Shown piece by piece: positions 25,191 to 38,718 of a stretch of 64,000 bases of DNA; the first letter of the stretch is position 1, and every line of letters starts with the position of its first letter. Source of the DNA: Eledone cirrhosa (taxonomy: Eukaryota). The notes beneath the pieces are model-generated. The model was given only the letters and a program-made list of their open reading frames with translations. It searched no databases and was not told the origin of the DNA. The position numbers were made by a program, and so were the translations under genes. The stretch is taken from NCBI GenBank assembly GCA_964016885.1, contig OZ024740.1:441626001-441690000 (forward strand), in the 5' to 3' direction.

Positions 25191-26766
25191 TATTACAAGA
25201 CAAAATGAAAAAAGGTTTCTTTAGCCAGAGATATTTAAGATGAAATTTAACTAATTTTAGGGAGCTCTTTCTGAATATGGAGTCAGTTTTGTTCCATTAC
25301 ATCTAGATTTTGACCTACAAAAGACCTTCCTATATATCAAATTTACTGAAATGTTATGTAGCGTGCAGTACGTCTGTAATTTTGTTCGAAAGTTGGGATT
25401 TTCTCAGAATGATGTTTACCTGGCTGGAACAATGCTCAGAGAATTTGGTGTCTTAGTCCAAGGAACCAAAACAACAGCATACAGGCATAGTGAGAAGAAT
25501 TTGTTGGGTTTTTCGACACACACGATGAACTGGGTTTGGTTTATTGTAAGTACATTATTGGTTTGAAAATGGTACTGGGAATTTCCTCTGATGTCAAGAC
25601 AGATCAGTGGTTATTCATTTATGGTAGTGTTTCTAGTTTAAAGGTAGTCGTTTTGTGTGTTGGGAAGGAGTAGCCAAGAATTCCAGTGGGTTATTTGAGA
25701 AAGGCAAAAGAGTCATACAACACTGTCAACATGTTATTTTCTTTTGTCAGGTATGATCAAGGGAAAACTGGAGGTCACTTGAAGATCGTGGTTTTTTAAC
25801 TGGAATGCAAAAGGGCAACACAAGGTTTTGTTTCTTCCAGTGCCTGTGTGACAACTGGGCTAAACATAGATACTAGAATCGACAGGATTGGCCAACATGT
25901 CATGAATGGGAACCAGAGAATAAAAACGTTCAATACATACGACTAGTTTTACTTGAGCTAATTGTGATACAACCACTACATATTAAACTTAGAATCTTCA
26001 AAGATTTTATGAAATCACTGGACCCTGAGGGGCAACCAATCAAGTTGCTGAAAGATATCTTTCCTCGATTAAGTGAAGCAAAGATTTTAAAGGGTGTGTT
26101 TGTTGGACGAAACACTTGAAAATTGATGAAGAATCCAATGTTCAGAGATTCATTGAATGAAGTTAAACGACAAGCTTATGAGGCTGTGTTAAAGATGGTT
26201 GAAAACTTGCTAGGAAAGAACCGAAGCCCGAATTACAAGGCGGCAATCAAAGCTGACCTGGATTCATTCGATGTACAGGGTATCAAAATGTCTTAGAAGA
26301 TTCACTTTTTAAAGAGTCACTTGGATGCCTTTCCTTTCGACATAGACAAGATCAGTGATGAGCATGGTGAAAGATTTCATCAAATGATTACTATTGTTGA
26401 AACAAGGTACCAAGAGTGAGCAGATCCTTGAATAATGGCAGACTTTTGCAGGCTTCACTCTTCTTGAAGTCTATGCTACTGATCTTGACAGTGAAATCAA
26501 TGCTGTAACTTTGTTGTGGTAAGTCTTTTTCTAAGTGTATATTGTTATTTTAACAGTGATTAATTGTAGCTTAGTACATTAATAAATTACATGAAATGGT
26601 CACAAGATTAGATAGGTTTTCTGTAAATGTAGAATACGTGAGATATCTTGTAGATCACAATGTAAACATGGGGAAACAAAGGGAATTTCATATTCCTAAA
26701 GAGCTCCCTAAAATGAAGAAATATCAACTAGAGTAGTGTTGGCTAAAAACTTAGTGTCATACATTG
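25191..26766 (+). mobile_element. Decayed Chapaev3-like (CMC) DNA transposon with transposase pseudogene
   Basis: PLHIKL, FPRLSEAKI, KIHFLKSHLDAFP, SDEHGERFHQ, ETRYQ with stops; inverted subterminal blocks tttagcca and ttttagggagctcttt; TAA on both flanks. Confidence 0.8.
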
Positions 26767-28405
26767 TAATCAATACATTTAAAAAGGAATCAAAGTTGTA
26801 TAAGAAGTGCACAGTCTACTGCTTAAGGTGTTGGATTGTAGGGTCATGAGTTCGATTCCCGACCAGAGTAAGGCACTGTGTCCCCTTGAGCAAGTTGCAT
26901 TATTTCGAGTTTTTCTGTCAACTCAGCTGGAAAAATATCAGTACCAGCAGCAGTTAGGGGTTAGCCCTACGGTAGAATGTCATCTTATCCAGGGAGGTGT
27001 CGTACGCCTGCAACAACATTAGTGCCAAGTTCTATCAACAGTTGCCTTTCCCAAGGACATCAATGTCATGGAGAGAGGCAACTGACATGCATGGCCGACT
27101 GCTGGCCTTCCACAAAACACGAAACCTTGCCTCGACTTGTGCCTTGAGAGTGTAAGCCCATTGTCAGTTAGGACCGAATGGGGCGATTGTATCTGTGAGA
27201 TACGATATACGAATGTCATGTTAGAAGCATATGACCACCTTTTCTGGAATAACGGCCATATGAAGATGACAGACTGTGAGGTTAAATAAATCGTTTTGTT
27301 TTGTTTTGCTTCTAATGAATGGTGAGGGAAACGGTCCATGTTCATCTTGAACTTAGAACATATAGCAAAGTTTATTCGGAACAAATACCAATGTTTACCA
27401 ATACCGTCATCCAGCAACATAAACTGATAAAGGGGGAAAAACAAAGTTGACCGCAGAAGGATTTCAACTTAGGGCATAGAAATCTAAAGCAAATACAACA
27501 AAGCATTTTCTCCTTCATTCTAACGAGTTTGTTATTTCGTAGATGTAAAGTTAATATCCGCTTTCAAACATCACACAAATCCAGTTGGCTACGGTGTCTT
27601 ATGTTTAATGTTACTACGGAATATCCCTGCCAATTTCACGAAAAGTTAGCGGAAATAAATTTAAAGAAAACACTATTAAGGTTCCATATTCTATTTAACC
27701 GATTATGTACTAGATGTGGGGAAAGAGAAATGAATTCATTGATCCAGCAGAATTTTAATGAAGGAGTTGTAGGACAAAATAAAATGCTGTGGAGTATGTA
27801 ATGCGTTGCTGTTTCAATTAAATCAACTTGCTAGTCTTGAGATTAAATATGTATTACTCAATAAATCAGTTAACGGACTTTGGAGTGGAATGTGATAAGC
27901 CACACCTCCGAAAATCAATGATTTCAGAAAAAGTACCTAGATGTCTTGATCTGAATGAAGTATTATCACCTCACAGTCTCAGAAAGTCATTCGCTTGATG
28001 ACAAATTCTTTTCTTAAAATCGCTGCTGTTCAGCTCTCATTTAAAGGGATTCTATCTAAAACAGTGTTTCCCACTATTTTCACTGCCATTTCTTTTAACG
28101 AAATGAATGTTTCCGTGGACCCTTGCTATAAATTCATCCTCTCAGATATATGGCGAGAATAACAAACAGAAAAGAGAAATATTTATGCTTTGAGTAAAAC
28201 AGATAAACAATAGCACGTGTAACAAACAATAGCGTGTGTAACTGTTGTGCTTAGGTCATGGGCCTTCAGTACGACTTTTGCGGACACCAGGTTAGGAACG
28301 CTGGTCTAGACTCATCTTTTGTGAAAGAAATGTTAGAATGGTCGTATAAGTTAATGTACATTCGAGCAAATTAAGGAAAGAAAAATACTTTTCCCTAACA
28401 CTTAC

Positions 28406-28480
28406 CGAAAGGATTCCTGATGGACTATAAGAGGATGTTTGTGTTACCGATCCTGGTGCTCCACCAACAACTGACAATAT
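28406..28480 (-). CDS. TEP/A2M-family exon (ILSVVGGAPGSVTQTSSYSPSGILS)
   Basis: polypyrimidine cag acceptor and gtaagt donor; 75 nt, phase 0 to 0; little motif support. Confidence 0.72.
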
Positions 28481-28689
28481 CTGAAAAATAAAACCATGAA
28501 ATTTTATTAATACAATAACATTAATGAATTATGTGAGGAATCTTTAGAATTGGCTTTGTCTTTTTTACTGAATTATTTGTTACTTTCTTTTTCATTTGGG
28601 ATATAAACTTGAATTTATTCCGATTTTTCTAAATATATAGATATCTATCACATAATATATCTTCTTCTTCTTCTTCTTCTTCTTCTTCT

Positions 28690-28850
28690 CCCACTTATCC
28701 TGATTGGGTCGTGGGGGAAGAGTCCTCAAACACTCCTTCCAGCGGGTCCTGTCAGAAGCAACCGTCTCCAACTGGTCCGGCTGGAACCCCAACTAAGTTT
28801 ATGAATGTTATTCAGCCATCTTACTTGGGGTCTACCCCTGGATCTCCACA
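28690..28850 (-). mobile_element. RTE-like LINE 3' tip with (AAG)n tail; longer relative at about 35440-35900
   Basis: RGRPQVRW...ASDRTRWK translation next to a (CTT)n run; similar sequence at 35460-35610. Confidence 0.6.
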
Positions 28851-29387
28851 TAATATATTTAATGTAGCTATAACTATAGTTATAAACTGCGTGGTTTATA
28901 AACTGTAGCTTTAATTCCATTGAATAATTCCTAATATATGCAGAAATATTTATTATACAGAAAGAGGATTTTTAAAAGAGTTTACACTTCAGAGTTCCTA
29001 TTACGCAACTAAGGCCCCAACTGAAAAGTTTGTCTTAATCTTCTGTCTTCTAGCATTTATAGCATTTAGATCCCTTTTTCCTACTTCCCTATACAGTCAG
29101 ATCTGCCCCTATTTATCCCTTCCGCCTCTGTTCGTTGTTTGGTTTCGTTTTTTCCCCTTTCGTTACTTTTTTCCTTTTTCTTTCATACTTCCATCAATAT
29201 TTACAATGTTATTTATACAACTCTCAATTTATTGTCTGTAATTCTAGTAAATTATAAAATAAATAAATTAACTTATATCCCCCCCCCCCCCCCCACCCAG
29301 CATAAATACTAATTGTTTATTGAAGAAAAATGTCGAGCCGATAACAACAACAAAAGCATGAACACCGACTGACCTAGTTTCTTATAG

Positions 29388-29425
29388 TCTTCTGATGAAG
29401 GGTTTTTAGACCTGAAATATTAAGA
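29388..29425 (+). ncRNA. Minimal hammerhead ribozyme motif
   Basis: UCUU CUGAUGA A GGGU...ACCU GAAA UA UU AAGA. Confidence 0.6.
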
Positions 29426-29677
29426 TAGGTAAATGACAGAAAACACACCAACATCTTTCTTGCCTTCCGTCCATTTTGAATTATTGTGGCTTTCAAATAA
29501 CATACAGCTTTGTCTATTATTTAATATCTTTTTCAGTTATTTACATCAGGTGATATACAATTGTTTTCTTAGGGGTGTCCATAGTTTATAAGAATATAAC
29601 TTGAACCTAGTCTAAAGCAGTCAATCCTTCTAAAATATTATAACAACCAGCATTCCTGATCCCTAATATTTCTTATT

Positions 29678-29980
29678 GTGGAGGTGTGTGGCTTAGTGGT
29701 TAGGGTGTTCGCCTTACGATCGTAACAGTGTATGTGCAAGTCCAAGTGATGCATTGTGTCCTTGAGCAAGCCACTTTATTTCACGTTGTCCACTCTATTC
29801 AGCTGGAAAATTAATTCGAAGAGCCAGCTTAGTGACACCCTATGTATTGTTGAAACACTCGGAAATTTCGCGAAGGATACACGTGGCTTTAGAATGCTCA
29901 GAAACGTGTAGTTTAATTTCACGAGCAGGCTGTTCTGTTGATCAAACAACTGGAAGAGACATCGTCGAAGCCGGTGGAGG
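29678..29980 (+). mobile_element. tRNA-derived SINE; relatives at about 26800-27200, 34563-34710, 53378-53680, 55000-55350 (-), 10780-10900 (-)
   Basis: A-box tggcttagtgg, shared core gtccttgagcaag...ttatttcacgttg; B-box gttcgattcc in the 53378 copy. Confidence 0.8.
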
Positions 29981-30795
29981 TCCCTCCCTCATTTTACAAA
30001 ATATTCTGACTTCCCATTGCTCAGACTACCTAATAATTGTTTCTACTTTTTGACACAAGTCTGCAATTACCCAGTGCATTACTGGTACTTTACTTTATCG
30101 ACCCCGTAAGGGTGAAAGGCAAAGTTAACCTCAAAGTTAACGTCATAGCATGGCGTCCGACCCTCTACCGATACTGCCAATCCACCGCTCTCTAATAAAT
30201 AATTATCATGTGTAACTCCAATACATGGACTTGACCAATGGTCAGACTTCTTAAGATCCTAGTACTGTATTACAGGTGTAACTACGACAGACTGACCTGA
30301 ACAATTATCGACCCTGAAAAGATGAAATGCAACATTGACATGGGCAGGATTTGAAATCTAAGTGCAGTGATCTGGAACAACTAGGCAAGTATTTAATCTG
30401 TCCCTTTAACGACACAACTTCGCCATGATAAATAACAAGTAAAAGATAAATAAGAATTCCTAATGATAAAACAAAGCCACACATTTTGAGAATAATTGAA
30501 TTATCCCCGGTACTTGGCTAGCCTTTATGTTAACGACCCTAGGGAGATGAAAAAGATCCTCCATTGTGATTGAAACTTAGAATGGAAAGAACTTAACTTG
30601 ATACCATTAGGCATTTTCTCCATCATCGTATGGTTAGGGGTTCCCTTTGTAATCACAAAGTTCCGAGTTTGATCCCAATGCGAGACTCTTTTGGTTAATT
30701 TATTCTGCAACAGCCTCGGATCGACTCAAATCTTGTATACGAAAACAGTCCAGCTCTTTTTGTATTGTCTGTTATTGTGTGGTAGAACTAATCTG

Positions 30796-31634
30796 TCACC
30801 TGGTCTAACTACATCACTTGGTCTAACTACATCCCTTGGTCTAACTACATCACTTGGTCTAACTACATCCCTTGGTCTAATTACATCACCCTATCTAACT
30901 ACATCACTTGGTCTAATTACATCACCCTATCTAACTACATCACTTGGTCTAACTACATCACCCGGTCTAACTACATCACTTGGTCTAACTACATCACTTG
31001 GTCTAACTACATCCCTTGGTCTAACTACATCACTTGGTCTAACTACATCACCCGGTCTAACTACATCACTTGGTCTAACTACATCACTTGGTCTAATTAC
31101 ATCACCCTATCTAACTACATCACTTGGTCTAATTACATCACCCTATCTAACTACATCACTTGGTCTAACTACATCACCCGGTCTAACTACATCACTTGGT
31201 CTAACTACATCACTTGGTCTAACTACATCACTTGGTCTAATTACATCACCCTATCTAACTACATCACTTGGTCTAACTACATCACCCTGTCTAACTACAT
31301 CACTTGGTCTAACTACATCACCCGGTCTAACTACATCACTTGGTCTAACTACATCACCCGGTCTAACTACATCACTTGGTCTAACTACATCACCCGGTCT
31401 AACTACATCCCTTGGTCTAATTACATCACCCTGTCTAACTACATCACTTGGTCTAACTACATCACCCTGTCTAACTACATCACTTGGTCTAACTACATCC
31501 CTTGGTCTAACTACATCACTTGGTCTAACTACATCACCCGGTCTAATTACATCACCCTGTCTAACTACATCACTTGGTCTAACTACATCACCTGGTCTAA
31601 CTACATCACTTGGTCTAACTACATCACCCGGTCT
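30796..31634. repeat. 18-bp minisatellite, about 46 copies (ggtctaactacatcactt variants)
   Basis: direct tandem units. Confidence 0.97.
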
Positions 31635-31883
31635 TTTATTGGATTCAAAACTGTTACAAATAAATCGGTGTAGGTATCCTGTTTGGGGCCACCCATCAAT
31701 CAGAGTTTCTCCTTCCCCTTCTTCCACCCAATTCTAATGCCCTGCAATCATGCACCCTGCAACATTCTCCTTTTTCAAAGTTGTGTGTCATACATGTTGA
31801 TGACACATACATGTTAATGTCATACATGTTGATGACACAGAAAGTGGCAAGGAATTACAAGAACAAAGTAAAACGAAACTTAC

Positions 31884-32033
31884 GGTTTCTTCTGTAATAT
31901 ATTTGTGTTTCTTAACTAACTCAACACTTCTATCGATTGCCATCACAAACACTGTAGATTCTGGCTCTGAATGAAGATGGAGGTTGACTTTATCACCTGC
32001 ACGTCCTTCATGTGCGGAGTAATTGCCGGTAAC
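31884..32033 (-). CDS. TEP/A2M-family exon (VTGNYS...GDKVNLHLHSEPESTVFVMAIDRSVELVKKHKYITEET)
   Basis: cag/gtaagt; 150 nt, phase 0 to 0; AIDRSV matches the AVD-x-SV motif. Confidence 0.92.
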
Positions 32034-32443
32034 CTGGACATATAGGAATACATTTCAAGAATATAAAAGCATATGTGGCATCTTATAGTTTTATGTACGA
32101 AGAGAATAAATATGTTATTCTTGTTCATTTTCACAGCAACACTTATAAACTGTAGTTATATATACATTAATTTATTTTAGATCTTTTACGAGTTGGGATT
32201 AAATATTTATTATATAAAAACAGAAAAGGAAAGAATCCCATCGTTAGAATAGACTAGGGAAAGAGCATTTTCGTTGCTAATATTATCTTCTAGTCAACTT
32301 CTTGCAGAAAAAGGCAGGAGTTGAACTCAGGGCGCACAAAACTGGAACACATACTGCAAAACAGTCCGTCCGATTCTTTTACAATTCTGATAATCCACTG
32401 AATCTCTGGACTGGTATTTTTATTTATCAATTCCGAAATGGAT

Positions 32444-32847
32444 TTGAGGTGAGTGTAGACAAAGAGAGAGATTTGAGGTGAGGGTAGAAAGAGAGAGATT
32501 TGAGGTGAGGGTATAAAGAGAGAGATTTAAGGTGAGGGTAGAAAGAGAGAGATTTAAGGTGAGGGTAGAAAGGGAGAGATTTAAGGTGAGGGTAGACAGA
32601 GAGAGATTTGAAGTAAGGGTAGACAGAGAGTGAGAGAGTTGAGGTGAGGGTAGACAGAGAGAGAGAGAGTTGAGGTAAGGGTAGACAGAGAGTGAGAGAG
32701 AGAGAGAGAAAGAGAGAGTTGAGGTGAGGGTAGACAGAGAGGGAGAGAGAGAGTTGAAGTAAGGGTAGACAGAGAGAGAGAGAGAGAGAGAGATTGGGTG
32801 AGGGTAGACAGAGAGAGAGAGAGAAAGAGAGATATTGAGATGAGGGT

Positions 32848-32893
<46 letters not shown>

Positions 32894-33157
32894 GAGGTAA
32901 GGGTAGATAGAGAGAGAGAGAGTTGAGGTAAGGGTAGACAGAGAGAGAGAGGGTTGAGGTAAGGGAAGATAGAGAGAGAGAGAGTTGAGGTAAGGGTAGA
33001 TAGAGAGAGAGAGGGTTGAGGTAAGGGTAGACAGAGAGAGAGTTGAGGTAAGGGTAGATAGAGAGAGAGAGTTTAGGTGAGGGTAGACACAGAGAGAGAG
33101 AGAGAGTTGAAGTAAGGGTAGACAGAGAGAGAGAGAGAAAGAGAGATTGGGTGAGGG

Positions 33158-33203
<46 letters not shown>

Positions 33204-33572
33204 GAGAGAGAGAGAGAGAGAGTGAGAGAGAGAGAGAGAGAGAGAGTTGAGGTAAGGGTAGACTGAGAGAGAGTTGAGGTAAGGGTAGACTGAGAGAGAG
33301 AAAGTTGAGGTAAGGGTAGACAGAGAGAGAGAGAGAGAAAGAGATAAGGTGAGAGTAGACAGAGAGAGAGAGAGAGTGAGAGAGAGGGTTTAGGTAAAGG
33401 GTAGACAGAGAGAGAGAGAGTTGAGGTAAGGGTAGGCAGAGAGAGAGAGAGAGAGAGATTGGGGTGAGGGTAGACAGAGAGAGAGAGAGAGAGTTGAGGT
33501 AAGGGTAGACAGAGAGAGAGAGAGAGAGTGAGAGAGAGAGAGAGAGAGAGATAAGGTGAGGGTAGACAGAGA
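32444..33572. repeat. GA-rich compound satellite, gttgaggtaagggtagac plus variable (AG)n
   Basis: direct observation. Confidence 0.95.
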
Positions 33573-34403
33573 TATGAAACAAATACCAAGGCTTGTCAAT
33601 TTGTCGCTTATATATAATAGTAATATTTTAAAATATATATGAAGAGAAAAACATTAATTCGATGTAAACGTTAAATATACAATAATAGGTAGGAATCCTC
33701 AAATGTGGCTGGGGGGGGGGGGGTAGTATTGTTTGGTAGTTTGTTGTATCAACCCTGAGGAATTAAGAAAACAGCAAGAGATTCTCTTGTTTCTTCGGTG
33801 CTCTATCGATTCTGCCATTCTAAATAGACAATAAGGTTTATTTCTAACATTAGCACATAGCTAAAAATATTGATGGGGGGTGGGGGTCGATTGCATGGCA
33901 CCAGGACTTGACTGCTACTTTATATTATCAATCCTGGAATGATAAAAAGTAGAGTTCACTTCGATATGATGTGAACGCAATGGACCGTAACTTAATACAG
34001 TTAGAGATTTTGTGTCTATTATACTGGTATTTCCAACCCACCACCCTAACAACATTCTACCTCTTAACCCGTAACTTCTGATCTAGTCGTAGGGGCGCCG
34101 CCTTAGGCATTTTAAACTAGGCGGAGCCCACACTTTCATCAGGTTTGGATACAGCTGATTTCTTCTTGACAAGGAATTTCTGATTTAGGCACAAAGCCAA
34201 CAATTGTTTTTTTGTGTGGGGGGGGGGGGGTATTAAATCAACCCTAGTTCGTTACTGGTACTTTATTTTATCGATTGTAAGGATGAAAGTTTAGGCTAAC
34301 TTCGGCGGGATTTTAACTCAGAACGTAAAGTAACGTAACTATATGCCGCAATGTATGCTGATTGTCCGGCGCTCTTCTGATTCTGTCAATACAGCATCCT
34401 CAC

Positions 34404-34860
34404 ACGGTGGATTGGCAGTATCGACAGTGGGTCGGACGCCATGCTTTGCAACAAAGAGTTACGGCCCTTTATAGCCTGAGTTCAAATCCCGCCGAGGTTA
34501 ACTTTGCCTTTCATCCTTACGGGGTCGATAAAATAAAGTACCAGTAATACACTGGGACCATTGTGAAGGCGCATGGCTTAGTAGTTAGAGCATTGGGCTT
34601 GCAATCGAAAGGTTGTGAGTTCAATTCTCGGACCGGGTGATGTGTTGTTTCCTTGAGCAAGACACGTTATTTCACGTTGCTCCAGTTTACTCAGCTGTAG
34701 AAATGAGATGATAGGACTGGGGTCCCTATCATTAAATTACCCAAGACACCTCCAACGAGATATACCTTGGAGGAGGCCAGCTAAACCTGCCTAGGTGTGA
34801 GCTGTCACACACAATACACTGGGATAATTGCTGGCCTTGTGTCAAAAGTAGAAACAATTA
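34404..34860 (+). mobile_element. Second SINE family with a nested insertion; relatives at about 7020-7120, 30060-30190 (-), 37340-37530, 55440-55590
   Basis: gagttcaaatccc B-box and the tail gcctttcatccttacggggtcgataaaataaagtaccagt repeated across the window. Confidence 0.8.
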
Positions 34861-34889
34861 ATTAGAGTTAATAAGTGCAGGATACTTAC

Positions 34890-35081
34890 GGTGTTTTTCA
34901 ATGTAACTGTGACAGGGATGCTTAAACCATCAGCAACAAAAGATTCATCTGTTGAAACACCGGTGATCAATAGAGCAACAGATGGAACCATGTCTTCTGT
35001 AGCCACAAAACTGACATCAAAGTTCATTTGAGTACCAACATTGATATATTTACTCTCCATAATTTCAAAATCTTTAATAAC
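34890..35081 (-). CDS. TEP/A2M-family exon (VIKDFEI...ATEDMVPSVALLITGVSTDESFVADGLSIPVTVTLKNT)
   Basis: cag/gtaagt; 192 nt, phase 0 to 0; M-x-P...E-x-x-VAD pattern of the MG5 region. Confidence 0.9.
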
Positions 35082-36445
35082 CTGCAAATTAAAATTAATT
35101 TCTCTCGTTTAAGAAATTCCAGTTTCATCACTAATATACATGTGGTTATTTCTATTGAAAATAAATCATCATTATCCTCTCTCCCTCTCCCTCTCTCACA
35201 CACACACACACACACATATATACACACACACAAACACAAACTCACACAAACAAACAATCTCACCGTATCCACATTCTTATCTCCCTTCTTTCCATCTTCT
35301 GTTAGGATGACAACAAAAACGTCAACCATGTTTTAATGTTCTGTGAAAAACTGTTGATGGAATTTAGAGAGAGACTAACTAAACATCATTTTCCGCTTAT
35401 CTTCATGATCATGATCATCTTCTTCTTCTTCTTCTTCTTCACCCACATTCCTGTGAGGGAGGTGGGTGCAGAGTCCTCAAGCACTTCTTCCAGCGGGTCC
35501 TGTCAGAAGCAACAGTCTATAATTTATCCGACTAGATCTCCAAGTGTGACCAGCCGAGCTCATGGTTGTTATCCAACCATCTTACTCAGAGTCTATCCCT
35601 GGGTCTCTTGCCGGTTGGTTTTGTCTGTAAAATCTGTCCAGAGATTCTTTCCTGAGATATTCTAACCACAAGCCCGTACTATCGGAGCTGTGATCTCTCA
35701 ATTCAGAGATTCTTTCCTGAGATATTCTAACCACATGTCTATAGTATCAGAGCTGTGATCTCACAACTTGCACACGTAGCGGCTCAACCTAAAGCGACTC
35801 TCTGATCTCTGAGCTACGCACTCTCTCGAATACCATTATCATCATTTTTACGTCAATATTCCTTCTTGCAAACCACAACCGGATCTTGTGATAACCAGTT
35901 GCCTTGTTGTTCATTAATGATTTATAATATGATTAATGGAAGCTAGCAGAAAACCACCGTTCGGGTGGTTTTCTGCTAGCATGTGTAGTGTGCATATTGA
36001 TATCATACGCAAGTATATATACATGTAGATATGATACATCAAATAACATCGTAATTGACAATATACACAGAAATTGAACGAAGACTGCGTTACACTCTCT
36101 TATGTAATCAGTAACGTAATCCATGATACATTAAAAAGAGACGATATTATATATAAACTGCATTAGGAGAAAATTAGTGTCGGAAATATATGAATGTTTA
36201 TTTAAGCGATCGCTAACCGGAAGTGTTGACATTTGAAAAGTTTAAAGAAGTGAATCTTTAAATAAGCAATAAAATATATTTAATCAAAAGCTACGAAATT
36301 TAGTAGATAAATTATGTAATATTCATTCATTATTTATTCAAAGTAATCCAACTTATTTTACTAAGGGGATAAAAAATTATATTCTGGATGCAGTCCCGCA
36401 CTCCTTACTTTATTATAGTTAAAATATCCCTCGTTTAAGACTTAC

Positions 36446-36508
36446 CGTCATAAAAACTGCTGATAACGGATGAGTGCTGTTGATTGTTATAAAGATCTCT
36501 TCGCCAAC
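36446..36508 (-). CDS. TEP/A2M-family exon (VGEEIFITINSTHPLSAVFMT)
   Basis: aag/gtaagt; 63 nt, phase 0 to 0. Confidence 0.8.
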
Positions 36509-36797
36509 CTTTCAATAAAAGAGACATTAAATTAACTTTAACATTCAATGTTTGTCATGTGAATTCAAACAATTTCTATTAATAACATCAATTAAACTTT
36601 CTTTTTCGGGCAGGGTGAGGGGAGGTTGTAACAAGTTTGCAAGTGCCAAACTCATCAGTTTGATCAGAAATCTGGGCACCTCCTCCACCGTCCCTCACAC
36701 GATAGAACGGGAGATGGTTAAATACCAGGCACTAATTGCCGTTTACTTTCTCACCTATATTGACAATTTACCAATATATATATATATATTCACCTAC

Positions 36798-36920
36798 CTT
36801 ATAATAATCTTTTTGTGTCGATATATCGATATTTGTGTTATTTATAGCGGTGTATTCTGTTGGATATTGATCGGAGGATAACTTATATTTTCTTCCATTG
36901 TATTCACCTGTATATTCTGC
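36798..36920 (-). CDS. TEP/A2M-family exon (AEYTGEYNG...QKDYYK)
   Basis: cag/gtaggt; 123 nt, phase 0 to 0; joins next exon to give YKVGE. Confidence 0.78.
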
Positions 36921-38140
36921 CTGTAAAGATACATCAAATAGATGAGATTTAGCAATTATAATTAAAGCGTTCATTAATTAGTATTTTCTTAATAAATGAA
37001 TAACCTGTACTGTGACTGACAAATGGAATGTATTTTTGTTTTATAATAAAATATACGGCTTCGATAGTCTCAATTATTCATTTTTTTGTTTTTGTTTTTT
37101 TGTTAGTTAAAAATGGTTCCTCAAATCGTGAAGATTTCTCTCCCCTGATTTAGCGTCACGTACTCTTTTTTTCCTCGTTTTCATATAGTAATCTCTATAT
37201 AGAACAACCACCATTTTGTTGAACATAATTCCATGTCTTGCTAAGCAGTGTTCACCATAAACCGTGTGTATTGTAGACAACGTTCAAATTCTTATAAGTT
37301 CATATTCATTACACGAAACGTTTTGCATATTATTATATGGCAATATCGGTAGAGGGTCGGACACCATGCTTCGCAGCATAGAGTTACGGCCCTTTACATT
37401 CTGAGTGCAAATCCCGCCGAGGTTAGCTTTGCCTCTCATCCTAACGATGTCGATAAAATAAAACACCAGTAATGCACTGGGATCGATTTGGTCGACTTTT
37501 CCCTTCCATTTAAATTGCTGGCCTTGTGCTAATATCTTATATCAACACCACGTTGCAACAAGGAAGGATGTTTGTGGATGATCTGACAGCAATAGCAGAG
37601 GAATTTCCCTTAAGTTACACCCTATCCACTTAAATAAGTACACGAGTGATAATATAGTCCTAGATACACAACGCTCGAGTGAACGACAGGGTGGTTATAG
37701 ATGAAATCCCTTTAATTATGGAGTCAGACCAAATGTGGGCTCAAGTGTGCCATGTTAACCAGTTGATATGAGCCAACAATTTATAGAAAGACTGCTTCAG
37801 ATTTTAGTTCTTTTATTCTACTGAGTTATTTGTAAGTACATAGACTGCGTGTATCTGTAATCCTTGAATAAGTCATTTAGTACTTAAGCAGTTTAAAATG
37901 GAGCATATATCTATATAGGACCTAAGGATATTACCAGCTTTCAAAGTTTACAGTTTCATTTCACCTGAACATATGAATAGCCTTTCCTGTCTATATATAA
38001 GATGGCTCGTTTTGGGGCTGATCTGGAGTTGAACATAAACTACATTCTACTAACCGATCACATATATATTTATTTACATTTTGTTTCTGCCACTACCCGT
38101 CTCCTCAAGCTATCTATTTCTTCTTTTATTTCTCATTCTA

Positions 38141-38176
38141 TTTTCTGATGAAGGACTAGCGTCCGAAACGTCAAGA
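38141..38176 (+). ncRNA. Minimal hammerhead ribozyme motif
   Basis: UUU CUGAUGA A GGAC uagc GUCC GAAA CG UC AAG; palindromic stem III ACGU; GUC triplet. Confidence 0.7.
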
Positions 38177-38547
38177 ATATGTTAACGTTAAGAATATATT
38201 TCTATATCAATCGTAAAACTAATAATATATTTCTTCATTGTACTGTGTCGTTTACTTTATTTCTGTTTGTCTTTTGCATACATGTATATATATATCCCTG
38301 GCTGAACGCAGTCGATTTCATCCAGAGAAGGCGAGAACTAATGATAGAGATGACATACGAGATGATAAACGAAGAATCGATTCCATTATTGACATGATAC
38401 TTTTTTTATCGACTTCGAAAGGACGAAAGGTAAAGTTAACCTGGTTGGAATTTAAAGTGCTGAGAGCCCCAACCAATGCTACAAACCATTCTCTTCAATT
38501 TTCTAACGACTACGTCAGTTTGCTGAGCTGTTATTAAAATCACTTAC

Positions 38548-38718
38548 TTTCATATGGTAATTGCTGCGTGGTGATTCCGGGTACACAAGCTCTACATCAA
38601 TATGTCCGTCTTCGGGTATTATATACTCTTGAACATGGTAATCAGAAAATGTAACTTTCAAAGGATGAGAACGTTCACTTTCCGTCAGAGGTTTGCCATC
38701 AACACGCTTTAGCACAAA
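38548..38718 (-). CDS. TEP/A2M-family exon (FVLKRVDGKPL...NYHMK)
   Basis: tag/gtaagt; 171 nt, phase 0 to 0; DG-x-P motif. Confidence 0.82.

Noticed and set aside
25172-25200. gtaagt donor-like site beside the Chapaev end
   Set aside because: No matching acceptor with or without the transposon.
27019-27444. 141-aa ORF as a candidate host exon
   Set aside because: Overlaps SINE-related sequence, and exon 25013-25076 already closes the phase.
30691-31737. 348-aa ORF of TTSLGL repeats and the antisense DVVRP ORF
   Set aside because: Translation of a stop-free 18-bp minisatellite inside an intron, with no splice or homology support.
32420-33589. 389-aa Ser/Leu-rich ORF
   Set aside because: Translation of a GA-rich satellite.
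34563-34640. tRNA genes (also 29678 and 53378)
   Set aside because: A and B boxes run into SINE bodies and no complete cloverleaf forms.
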